64,000 nt of DNA from Hemiscyllium ocellatum (Eukaryota). The position numbers and the translations under genes were made by a program. The notes beneath the pieces were generated by a model, which was given only the letters and a program-made list of their open reading frames with translations, searched no databases and was not told the origin of the DNA. The first letter of the stretch is position 1. Each line of letters begins with the position of its first letter. The DNA is taken from the NCBI RefSeq assembly GCF_020745735.1, contig NW_026867509.1, forward strand, positions 620,001 through 684,000, read 5' to 3'. Positions 24,530-35,343 of this stretch are shown here, piece by piece.

Positions 24530-25355
24530 GATAATTTACCCCCAGTTGAAACAGATGAATAGCTTCTTTCCAATGTGGATGTGATGACGCCACAGCAGAT
24601 GGGATGACTGACTGAATCCCTTCCCATAGTTGGATCAGGAAAAGTTTTTAGATGGAGTGTGAACACGCTGGTGTTCTAAGAGGTTCGATGACTAGGAGAA
24701 CACCTTCTCACAGTCATATCAACTGATTGACTTCTACCTAGTGTTAATGCGATCCCTCCGGTCAGGTAAAGTGATCAGCTAAACACAACCCCAAAGTGAT
24801 AGCATGTTAACTGTCTCCTGTCATTGTGAATACATTCATGGTACATCGCTTCCTCACGACATTTAGAACACCTCATGTTGATTCGGCACGTAAAAGGTCT
24901 CTCAGCAGTGTAAATTCGCCGATGTGGCACCAACTTTGATGAATGAATGAATCTCGTCTCAAACATTGTGCAAGTGAATGTCGTCTCTTCTCAGGATTGA
25001 TGACTGAGTGGATCGCCCTCCGCCCTGACACAACTTGATAGGCCCCTCCCTAGTGTGCATCACCAATGAATTTTCGGCTTTGATTGATTAACGATTCTTA
25101 CCAGGAGACCTCACATTTTCACAGCTTCTCATGAGTATGAATGTTTTCATTTATTGAGTGGCCAGAAAATTTGTGAAGCCTTATCCGCATAGAGAAGGCT
25201 TGCATGGTTTGTCCCCACTGCGAACAGTGTTTTCCCATTCCCTGCTCAAGATCAGGTGATTTTCGGGTTGTGATGTGTTTGACTATTCTCTCCCAGATCC
25301 TGACAAGACTTTGCTTTCAGTTTCTTAACTTCAACACCTCATCTTCTGAAACACT
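24530..25355 (-). pseudogene. C2H2 zinc-finger gene relic (terminal exon)
   Basis: Minus strand: acceptor cttttcacag at ~25355, then FIHSSKLVPHRRIYTAERPFTC, KVFS*SSNLLEHQRVHT and YGKGFSQSSHLLWRHHIHIGK; stops and frameshifts. Confidence 0.8.
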
Positions 25356-28039
25356 GTGAAAAGGGTGAGAAAAAGAAAAGTCAAAAATCACAAAACCAAG
25401 TTATGAATAATGAACTGAATACATGCTGCACATGCAGAGTAGAATTTAATAGTGGTGCAGTGAAAACAATTTCTTGCCATTAACGATTCTGAAAGGTGTT
25501 AAAATCGTTAAATCAGCAGTACGTGGTCAAGCGATTGACTTTGGTTTGAACTTAATTTGATGCGGTTGCCAGAAGTAACTGTAACACAGGCAACAGAGCT
25601 AAAATACAATGCTTATTTGAATGGAGGAAGTCATACAATAACAGTGAGAAGAGGAGTGTGGACTTCTGTGAAACCGAGAATTGGATGGACTTTGATTCAG
25701 ACACTGAGTACAGGTGTCTCATCAGCCCCAGACTATGCAATTTTTCACAGATAACAAGCACATAATAAAAGTTCGAAATTGCAGCTAAATGTTGAAAAAG
25801 TCCAAAACTGAAATGTTTTCACTGCTTTTAATTTAGAGTCTTCTGCACGAACGTCCAATGGGAAGATGCAGAAACCTGCAGACAGTAGATCAGCTCTTGC
25901 TTGAGAAAATACTTTTAGCAGGTGAAGTCGCTGTGTACTAATTGGTGCGTGATTATGTTGCACGAAAACCTGTAAACACTACACGTTCTGATGGATGTGA
26001 TAGTCCTTGAGAGGATGCAGAGGAGAATCACACGAATAGTTTAACTGATGAGGAATTTTAATAGCAAAGTGGTGAGAGAGAACCTGGGTTGACGTCCGAA
26101 TAGACTGAGGTGAATCAGATTATACCCAGTTTAAGTTAGGTTGATAAACAAAAAGAACCTTCCAATTAGCTGACACCAAAATAAATGCAGACACGGATTA
26201 AAGATTTTCGAAAGAATTTTAGAAATAACACGAAGCAGAAACTTTACATGTCAAGTGGGCTCTGTGTAGGTTTCGACGTGTGTATTCAAAATCTGATTAC
26301 TATACAAGTTTTGGCGAAAGGAGCCATTTTGTCCAGTGTTTAGGTGATGCTTCATACATACCTCCAGGCACAAAATCGCTTGAATACCCTTTAAACGAAA
26401 TTTGCAAGTGCTGACTTTATAGTCGGGTGAGAATTCAGAAAAAAGTAATGCATGTTTCCCTTGGTTTGAGATTGCTGTGTGGCAAGCTTTCCTTTCGATA
26501 CCTAGGTTTGACGGCCGGTTTGGGCTACAGAAATATACAATGCGTTTGGAGGTCTAAACAAGTGGCTGCACATCTGATCCATGGGAGTCAATGAGTGGCA
26601 GAGCTGCCACTGGAGCTACCTTTTGGCCAGGACTCTCTATCTTTGAAATACCTAGAAGATTGCAGATTATCTGAAGTCTTGGAGTGTACCTGCGCCCCCA
26701 CGTTCACCAGGTCAGTTAACCATGTCCTTTCATACCTCTACTGGATGGAGAAAGGAGAGAGACAACTATCTAAATTGTTTCTCCTCTGCAGAGAAATGTT
26801 CATCAAACATTTCATCACCTCTGTCAAATGACTCATTACTCCGTTCTGTTTATGAGGACAATAATCCTATCTTCGCCAGTTTATTTCTAACTGAATTGAA
26901 AAACCTCAACTCTGGTAATGTGCAAGAACTTTTTTGACGATCATCAAATTCTCAAAACTGGTTCCAGTATAGATATTGAGAACTGAACATCTGGATTTCA
27001 ATTTACGGATGACCACGGAGTGATAAAGATTCTGCATAAATTTCTTTCTTTTATACGTCATGCACACGTAAATAAAGCCAAGGGCTACGTTTTTACAAAC
27101 AGTAGAGCGTGGACAACTTATTCTGTCGCAAAGGTTTATGTACATGCAACCGCAGGTCAAACTGAAAATCCAAAGGTGGAGAATTCGAATGCTGTGTCTC
27201 AAAAGGCATGTAAACACGCATTTTGGCGAATGCGTTTGATGGACAAGGACAAATAGCTGCATGCGAATACAACAGGTAAATAACTCAGTTGTGGATTTGA
27301 AATGATCAGCACTCAACAGCTCCTACTCAATGATACAATGTGTTTGGAAAATATTGGGGAGCAAGTTAAAGGGAGACTGTATTATAGTCCTGATTAAATA
27401 AAACATTTTTTAGAAGAATCGCAGAATGTGTAACTTTCAATTCTTAAAATATACCAGTCAAATTATTACAGTCCTGGGAATTTGAAAGAACGAAAAATAA
27501 AAAAAACAGTCCCTAGTTGTGTGAATCTTTGGAAATTCTTTGGGAACCGGAATGAGACGAGTATAAAAGGTGAACTATCTGAATGAGCACAGCCTTTTTA
27601 GGCAGTTTCGATTTCTTTAAGGCTAGGACATTGACACTAAAGTTCTCAGTACATTCACAAAATTAAGACATTGAAAGGATTCTCGATACCGCAAATCGAG
27701 AAATCAATGTCATCTCGGCTTCAAGTGAATCAGAAAACTTTCATTCGAAGTTTATAAACGTTGAGATTTGCACTCGAATGTCGCAGGTTTCAACTTTTCA
27801 GTTGGGACTGTTCATCTGTGAACGGTCCGCTTTTGTAAAAGAGTAAATTTAATTGAAATTATGACTGAGTGGCCTGGAGTTCCCGTGAACATTTGGAAAA
27901 GGGAAAGGACACATTGATGGGCAAAATACCTGCATTCAGTGGGACCAGAGCATAGATGTTGAAAGCACGTCTCTCATAAATTGGAAATCTTGAGTAAGAG
28001 TAGATTCCCTATTGTGTGGAAAGAGGTCATTTGGTCCAA

Positions 28040-28265
28040 CAACCTTTCCAAAAAAAAGAACCCTACCCAGGCCCATTGCACACTGACTAATGCACAATGC
28101 ACTGGGGGTAGTTTAGCATTGCCAGTTCACCTGACCTGCACATTTTCGGACTGTGAGAGAAAACCCAAGCAAACACCTAACAGAAGATCGCCGGAGACAA
28201 GAATCGTGCCCAGACTCCTGGTACTGTCAAGCTAAAACGCCAAACACTGAACACTGTGGCACCCT
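28040..28265 (-). mobile_element. Degenerate HE1-type SINE
   Basis: gactaatgcac...gtttagcattgccagttcacctgacctgcacattttcggactgtgagagaaaaccc, homologous to 53183-53494. Confidence 0.7.
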
Positions 28266-28369
28266 CATTGCAGTGTTGTCTGTTCTAATCAATCACCCGT
28301 CCAAACCTTTCAGGTCATTGTCCTCGTTAATAAGTTGTAATCTTCACAATTGAGCACGACACCCCTCAG

Positions 28370-29200
28370 CAACAATATTGATATGTTCTGTATAAGGCTT
28401 TCTCTTTTTTCTCCTCTCGAACACTGTGCCTACCAAAACTAATGACCTTACTATTCTGCGCACACATTCCAGCATTTGGATGCCTTTGTACCAAAAAGTG
28501 CACATCTCAATATTTATGAGCTATTATGAGCTTTTCCGCCTCCTCTGCGCTTGGACTCAGTGAATTCGACGTTGCTCAACTCCGTCTGTGTGACGAAACT
28601 TTCCCACACAATTCCGATAAACCTGTTGACCTTTACCTTGAATATATGTCCAGAGCCACTGATTGTATACCAAGGGAAAAAGTTCCTTCCTCTCCACCCA
28701 ATCAATGCCTCTCATAAGTTTAGTCATTTCAGTCAGGACTATTTTCAACGCCCTCTGCTCCAAAGAAAACAGCACCAGACTATCCAAACTCTCATCATAA
28801 CGGAAACTCTCCAGCAAAAGCAACAGCCTGATTAATCTCTTCTGCACCTTCTCCAGTGCAGTCACACCACTCCTATAATGTGTATTCAATAATAGCATGC
28901 AATAGGTTTTTGTGCGGCATAACCAATACTTTCTGCAGTTTCAATGCGAGTTGCCTTGGCTTGTAAAGGTACCAATTCTAATATTATCTAAACTTCTTTT
29001 TCTCTCAGTGCTTCTACCTTACTGAACTCATGAAAATGCACACAAAGCTCGTGCTGATGCTTGGTCCTTCACAGGATATCATTTATTCTTTTTGCCTGTT
29101 TGTCCTCCCAAGTGCATCACCTCATAAAGATTCGAATTTAATTCAATTTACTCTTCATCAGATCATAAGAGTTGCCCGCATTGAACTATACAATGCATAT
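28370..29200 (-). mobile_element. Decayed CR1 LINE 3' fragment
   Basis: ORF 28557-28898 (HYRSGVTALEKVQKRLIR...FSLEQRAL) matches the CR1 RT C-terminus. Confidence 0.75.
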
Positions 29201-30731
29201 CTGAGGCAACTCTTGAAGGATTGCGATAATTTTAGTCGCCCTTCCTTGAGGAGGAACGTAGCTGCACCGAATCCAGCTGCATTCTTGAACTGCCCTCCGT
29301 GACTGGCAGACCCACATGCTGCTAAGACTTGAACGGCAGGACTTTAATCGAGCGACGCTGAGGCAACGACAATGTTCTTCCAAGTCAGGACAGAGCTCGG
29401 AAGAGAACTTCCAGGTGTTCGTGTTTTTGCATCGTTATGATGATCATTATAATAATAATTATTATTGATATTGATACTAATATTAATTCACAGAATGCGA
29501 GAATCTATGTCTAGACTACCATTTAATGCTCATCACTAATTGTTCAGAGGGGTAGCAAAGAGTCAAGGACATTGCTTGAGGTCTGGAATCACATCTTGGA
29601 CAGCCCATGTAAGAATGGTAGTGCCTTCTGTAAGGGCCATTTGTGAAGCAGATTTTATTTTTTCTGACAACCAACAATGTATTCATGGTCGTCATTATTC
29701 TCCCAATTCCAGATTTTTTTTTATTGTATTCAACTTATAACATCTGTCGTAATGGGATTCGGACCTTGGTCCAATGAAAATTGCCTAGATCTCTGAATTA
29801 ATGGTTCAACGGTAACATCAATAAGTCATCACCTCCCCCTAAATTCCAATATATCTGATCCCGTTGACCTTCTTAATTGAAGTGTTTGTGGACTGGAATT
29901 TGCTACAGAAGCAACTTGGTGAAATTTTGCAGTGTATTTTGTCGAATGCACACAACTTTGCTTCTGAGTGTCGGTGGTGTATGAATGGATGCGTCTGGAT
30001 GTGGTGTCAAATAAGTGGGTTGGTTTGTCCTGAATGTTGGCAAGCGTCTTGAATACTTTTGGAACTGTAAACGTCCACGCATGTGGGGGTTACCTTTCAT
30101 TATATTTAAAATTCATAAGACTTCCCTTTCCATAATGCCAACTACAATGTCTGGAATCAATCCAGTGAATCTCCTCAGAACTGCCTCCAATATGCCATAA
30201 CTTTTCACTTAAAGAGATAACAATTTTACGAATTACTCCAGCTGCCGTCTCAAGAACGCGTTCGTTTGTTGTAGCAACACTTGAGCACTTTTTATACTCC
30301 ATTCCTTTTGCAGTAAATGCGAAAATTCAATTTGTGTTTTTCATTGCCTGCTGTATCTGCAGATTAGTTTTCAAAGATTGATGCTCGAGAAATTCTAGTA
30401 TCTGGAGATTACTTTTCAGCGACTCTTGCTGGGGAAATTCTGTTCAAACACTTGCATAACCTGAAAGCAATCTCAGCTATACAATAATCTGACTCCGAAG
30501 AGAACAGAATAATTGGGCAGAGAGGAAATTTTATTTTACGTCAAAGGACATGAGTTCAGTATCTGATATCTTCGATTGTACTTGATGGAGACGCCAAGGC
30601 ATATTTCGTGAAAACGGGGAAAGCACAAAATTTGCAGCCAGCTGTTCACCTACAAATATAAGAGAATCATTCACGTTGATGATGCAAAACAACTGAGATA
30701 ATCTGTTCGTTCACTGAAATGTAACTAAGGC

Positions 30732-30780
30732 GCATGTCAGATCTTAATTATTTCTCTGGAGACTCTCACAAGGTATAAAT
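30732..30780 (+). promoter_or_regulatory. Proximal promoter module of the second GPCR (TTAATT, TCTCTGGAGA, TATAAAT)
   Basis: gcatg-tcagatc-ttaatt-attt-ctctggagactctca-caagg-tataaat, 72-120 nt upstream of ATG 30852; same spacing as 16967-17003. Confidence 0.6.
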
Positions 30781-30851
30781 GAAGGTTGAATCAAACTGCT
30801 AGAAGAAATAGTGTGCTAAAGTATAGTTGTTGCTTTATTTTGTTAAACAAG

Positions 30852-30918
30852 ATGCACGGGCCACCCAATGACCTCTTTGCAATCTGTTATCCAATTATCG
30901 CTATTATTGGTGTCCCTC
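30852..30918 (+). pseudogene. GPR139-like GPCR paralog, exon 1 (MHGPPNDLFAICYPIIAIIGVP + 1 nt)
   Basis: ATG at 30852, 22 codons + 1 nt, donor C|GTATGT; homologous to 17075-17144. Confidence 0.85.
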
Positions 30919-31149
30919 GTATGTAATCATTCACATTAGAGTTACTCATTAAGAGAAATCAAATCCGTCCGTTTTGGTGTACAACTGAATTTATTTAAAA
31001 TTCAGTGTTTTCTCAGCGCAAAGGACTTAAACGGAATGAGACATACATGTCTGGATCATGTGGTATTGCAATGCTCTGAAAAGCGTTAAAGTCCTTAGCT
31101 TATATTTGTGGTATAGTGTGATAAGAGATGACAATTATGGGATACTATT

Positions 31150-32150
31150 ATTTAAATTTCTGACAGATATAGCTTTCTGAGGCATTGCACGATCTGTTAA
31201 TGATTTGGAGGAAGGTAAAGGTGGCCTGAATCGGAAGTTTTCGGAAGACACGAACATTGGTGAAAAAGTCAATATTAAAGTGGACTGTCATAGAATAAAG
31301 CAGAATATGGATAGATTTCAAAGTAGGGGAGAGAAATGGTAGATGGAGTTCTGTCTGGACAAGTGTGTGTTGATGCATTTTGGAAGATCCACTTCAAGAT
31401 CGAACTATAAAGAAAAAGGAAAAGTCCTGCGGAAAGGTGATGTACAGAGAAACCTGGGTGCTCAGGACCAGTGTTCCCGAACGTGGCAACGCAAGTCAAT
31501 AGATTGGTCAAGAAGTCTTACCGCATGCTTTCCTTTATTGGACCGGGTATTGAGTGGAAGAGTTGGCAGGTCATGTTACTGTTGTATATGACTTTGTTTC
31601 TGGCACTTTTGGAATACTGCGCACTTTTTGTCACCACATTACCAAAAGGATTTAGATGCTATGGACAGAGTGCAGAGGAGGTTCACTACGATGTTGCCAG
31701 ATATGGAGGACGCTAATTATGAAGAGAGGTTGAGTAGATTTTAATTATTTTCATTAGAAAGGCGTATGTTGATCAGGACTGTGATTGAGATCTAAAAAAT
31801 CATGAGAGGTATAGCCAGGAAGGAAAACAAGAAGCTCTATTTCCACCAAAGTGGGAGTCTCAATTACTATGAGTAACGAGTTCAAAGTGAGAGGAGAAAA
31901 GTTTAGTGGAGATATGCTTGGAAAGTTCTTTGTGCAGAGTGTGGTGGTTGCTTGGAATGTGTTTCCAGCGGAGGTGGTAGAGGCGGTCATGACAGCGTCA
32001 TTTATGATGTATCCAGACAGAAACATGAATAAGCCAGGAATGAAGAGATACAGACCCATAGAAAGTACGCCACGAATCTGGATTGGCGAAGGATTAGAGG
32101 GCCGAAGGGCCTGTTCCTGTGATGTTGCTTTCTGTTCTTCATTCTATTAA
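31150..32150 (+). mobile_element. Decayed CR1 LINE fragment in the GPCR intron
   Basis: gtaaagtggcctgaatcggaagttttcggaagacacgaacattgg; ORF 31851 FKVRGEKFSGDMLGKFFVQSVVVAWN; 3' tail gggccgaagggcctgttcctgtg. Confidence 0.85.
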
Positions 32151-32843
32151 TGTCTAAGTTTTATTTTATCTTTGCAAAATGGAAATTCTAGTGTTTTCAC
32201 CATGTGGTATAAAAGTGCCTTTACGCAACAATATCAGTGCAGTATCAGAGGGTAAACCTTTGCATCCAATCATTCTGTTAGATGTATTGAAATATAGAAG
32301 CACTTCTGTTGATTATACAGTTTGCAGTGCAACATCTGGGAGAGTGCAGGAGTGACTGTGTGGCGAGTTCCCTTCGAGCAGTCCCAACTTGGATATTCTG
32401 TTTAAAGGCGAGTTAATAATTAAGATCTTTTCGTTCTGAGTTCTGGTGATAGGATTTACGTAATATCTGGATTACGTAATATCACAGTCATGTAACATCT
32501 ACAGTTTACACACTCAGAAGTCTTACAGCAGCTTTAACAAGCAAATTTAGTATGGAACGACATAAAGAGATAATTGCCCAAACATTGATTGAAGATTTAG
32601 GCTATAAGGAATGCCCTAAAATAGGAGGGACACATTCAATAGCACTGAAGAAGAGAATTGCCGTTGTGAGCTAAAGCCAAAACCGCTACTGAAGGAGGAA
32701 ATAAGATCTGAGGTAACACGATGATTTGCCATCTTGTTACTTCCACAAATAATGCACTAAGTTACAGACACCAAGATAAATCGGTAGCTGCAGTTTGAAC
32801 CCAACATACCAACTTTTTATCATGGTTTTTTTGTCGTTGACAG

Positions 32844-33744
32844 CAAACATGGTGTCGATAATAATCCTATCAAGAGGACGATGTGGACTGTCTAGGTGCA
32901 TCACCTACTACCTGCTTGCAATAGCGATGACTGACTTCTTAGTGATAATTTTGCAGTCATAATCAACAGAATCAGCGGCATTTACTTTCGGTACAGTGCC
33001 CTTTCCACGACGCCCGCCTGCAGGCTGATTATCATGATGATCTTTGTTGTTCAAGATGCGTCTGTTTGGTTGACAGTTGCCTTCACAATCGACCGTTCCA
33101 TGGCTATCTGTTGCCAGAGCCTGAAGATCAGATACTGCATCGAGAAGACTGCATTGCTGGTCATAGGAATTGTCTGTGCCCTGTGTACTCTCAAGAATAT
33201 CCCTTTTTATTTTTACTCCCAACCCCTGTACGTCCTGGACGGGGTGTCCTGGTTCTGCGACATAAAGTCCAGCTATTATACGGCGCCACTCTGGCACGTC
33301 TATGACATGTTAGAGCAGATCATAATTCCCTTTCTCCCGTTCTTTCTTATTCTGTTGCTCAACGCCATTACCATACGACACATCTTAGCTTCCAGCAGAG
33401 CCCACAAGAGGCTCCGTGGTGCTGACACTCAGGGAGATCAGGAGATGACCAACCGCAGGAGGTCCATATTCCTGCTTTTTGCCATTTCTCTTAGTTTCCT
33501 CCTTCTGTGGGCTACCTACGTCGGACGTTTCCTTTATGTGCGTGTTTCAGGTGCAGGTTATTTCACGGGCCTGAATTTCAGTGACCCACAGTACATTCTT
33601 CAAGAGATGGCCATTATACTCACGTTATTCAGTTCCTGCAATAACGTCTTCATTTATGCATTATCCAAGACCACATTCCGAGGAGAGATTAAAAAGATTT
33701 TAATGTGCCCCTTCGCATCAATCATCGGTCACTTTAAATGTTGA
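32844..33744 (+). pseudogene. GPR139-like GPCR paralog, exon 2; one -1 frameshift at ~32949-32952, otherwise open (322 aa if repaired)
   Basis: Acceptor ttttgtcgttgacag|CA; NMVSIIILSRGRCGLSRCITYYLLAIAMTDFLVII, then frame change to AVIINRISGIYF...WLTVAFTIDRSMAIC...SSCNNVFIY...GHFKC*; 67+901=968 nt, one short of 969. Confidence 0.88.
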
Positions 33745-34588
33745 AAAAAAATCTGCACATGCTATTTCTGTTGTCACAGACTCTTTGGTGTGTCTCCCTC
33801 ATACTTGAAGTAAGAAGTATTATATCCTTCCCTTGAAAAGAGCAATACTTTTTCCCCCTCTGATTGTTTCCTAATTTCAGTCAGAAGGAATGCCAAATTA
33901 GCAGAAGTGCTATTGTTTCTTTTTTTAAATCAGATGCAAAATAATTTGGTTCGTGGCCTAATGTTACAATTTTAACACTGCAACGTTCCGAGTCAACATC
34001 TAAATATTCATTACATCCTACCCGCTTCCCTCTCTCTCACCATTCTTCCCAATTTTCGTTTTAATTACATAGTTCCTTTCCTGTCTGTCAGAAATAAACG
34101 AATCAGAGGGACCTTGGTGTCGATGTCTATATATCATTGAAGGATGCAGGACAGATCGGGGAAGGTGACTGAAAAGGCTTTTGGAGTAGTTGAATCTATT
34201 AGCCAAGGCATTTAAGACAATAGAAATGGTTTATGATGGTGCTGACACGATGTCAGTTAATTAGGTGGTGTAATGTCTGCAATTCTGGTTTCAAGTACGA
34301 TTGAATTCCACTTGAGAGGATGCAAAGACAGTCAGTAGAACCTTGACTTAACTATTGTTTCTGTTCTGAACGGACACGAGAGAGAATTGGGTTCTATTAC
34401 TTAAATCAGAGAAGGTCAAGGTGCGACCTGGTTGAGGTGGACAAAAATTTGAGGGAAATGCATAGGCAGGTCGATGACGAAGTTCTTCCACTTTAGGAGA
34501 GGGGACAATATCCATTGGTCATGCTTTAAAATACGGAATCTGAGGTTCAGAGGTGACTTGTTTATTTTACTTTTCCCTGGACTTGTGG

Positions 34589-35343
34589 TTAACTGAATTC
34601 ATTAACTAAACGTTGCTCGAAGTGGACCACAATCTCTTTTCCCTCTTCTCTCAAGCATTGACAAGCAATTTAGATGGACAATCGACATACAATAGTATAC
34701 AAGACTACGGACGTCGTGCTGAAATATTAAATGAGAATACATGGATTTTTGATGAATGAAACAGGCAACACAAACAAGAAGGACAAGATAACATTTCCTT
34801 TCACTGCCCGTTGTATCAGCATGCAACAAATCTGAATCTACAAAATCTAATCTACTCCAACTTGCAGTACGATGCCACAAATGCAGTGAAACGTACTAAA
34901 TTACAAATAATTTGAGCATAGACTTGTGTGTCTGGTTGCGTGTGGATTCCTAGACTTGAAGAATATTTGTATATCTCGTAGTAATCCACAAACAACCACT
35001 CTCACAAGTCTATGCTGAAATTATTTGTAATTTAGTTCGTGTTACTGCATTAGTGTAATCGTAAGGCATGTTGAGTGCATCAGATTTTGCAGACTCAGAA
35101 ATTTTGCATCCTGGTGCAATAGGCAATGAAAGCAAATGTTATCTTGTCCTTCGTGTTTGTTTTGCCTGCTTCATTCAACAAAACTCCATGTATTACCATT
35201 CATTTTTTCGGCACGAGGTCCGTAGTCTTGTATACTATTGTATTTCGATTGTCCATCTAAATTGTTCGTCACTGCTTGAGAGATGTGGGGAAGGAGATTG
35301 TGGTGCACTTCGAGGACCCTTTAGTTAATGAATTCCAGTTACC
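34589..35343. repeat. Large imperfect inverted repeat (arms ~365 bp, ~26-nt spacer)
   Basis: Left arm ttaactgaattcattaactaaacgttgctcgaagtggaccacaatctc...tgtggattcc mirrors right arm gtaatccaca...gagattgtggtgcacttcgaggaccctttagttaatgaattccagtta; ORFs 34602(-) and 35068(+) translate to homologous peptides. Confidence 0.9.

Noticed and set aside
34602-35328. Two homologous ORFs (92 and 86 aa) suggesting a small gene pair
   Set aside because: They are the two arms of an inverted repeat; no known motif, and open frames of this length are expected by chance
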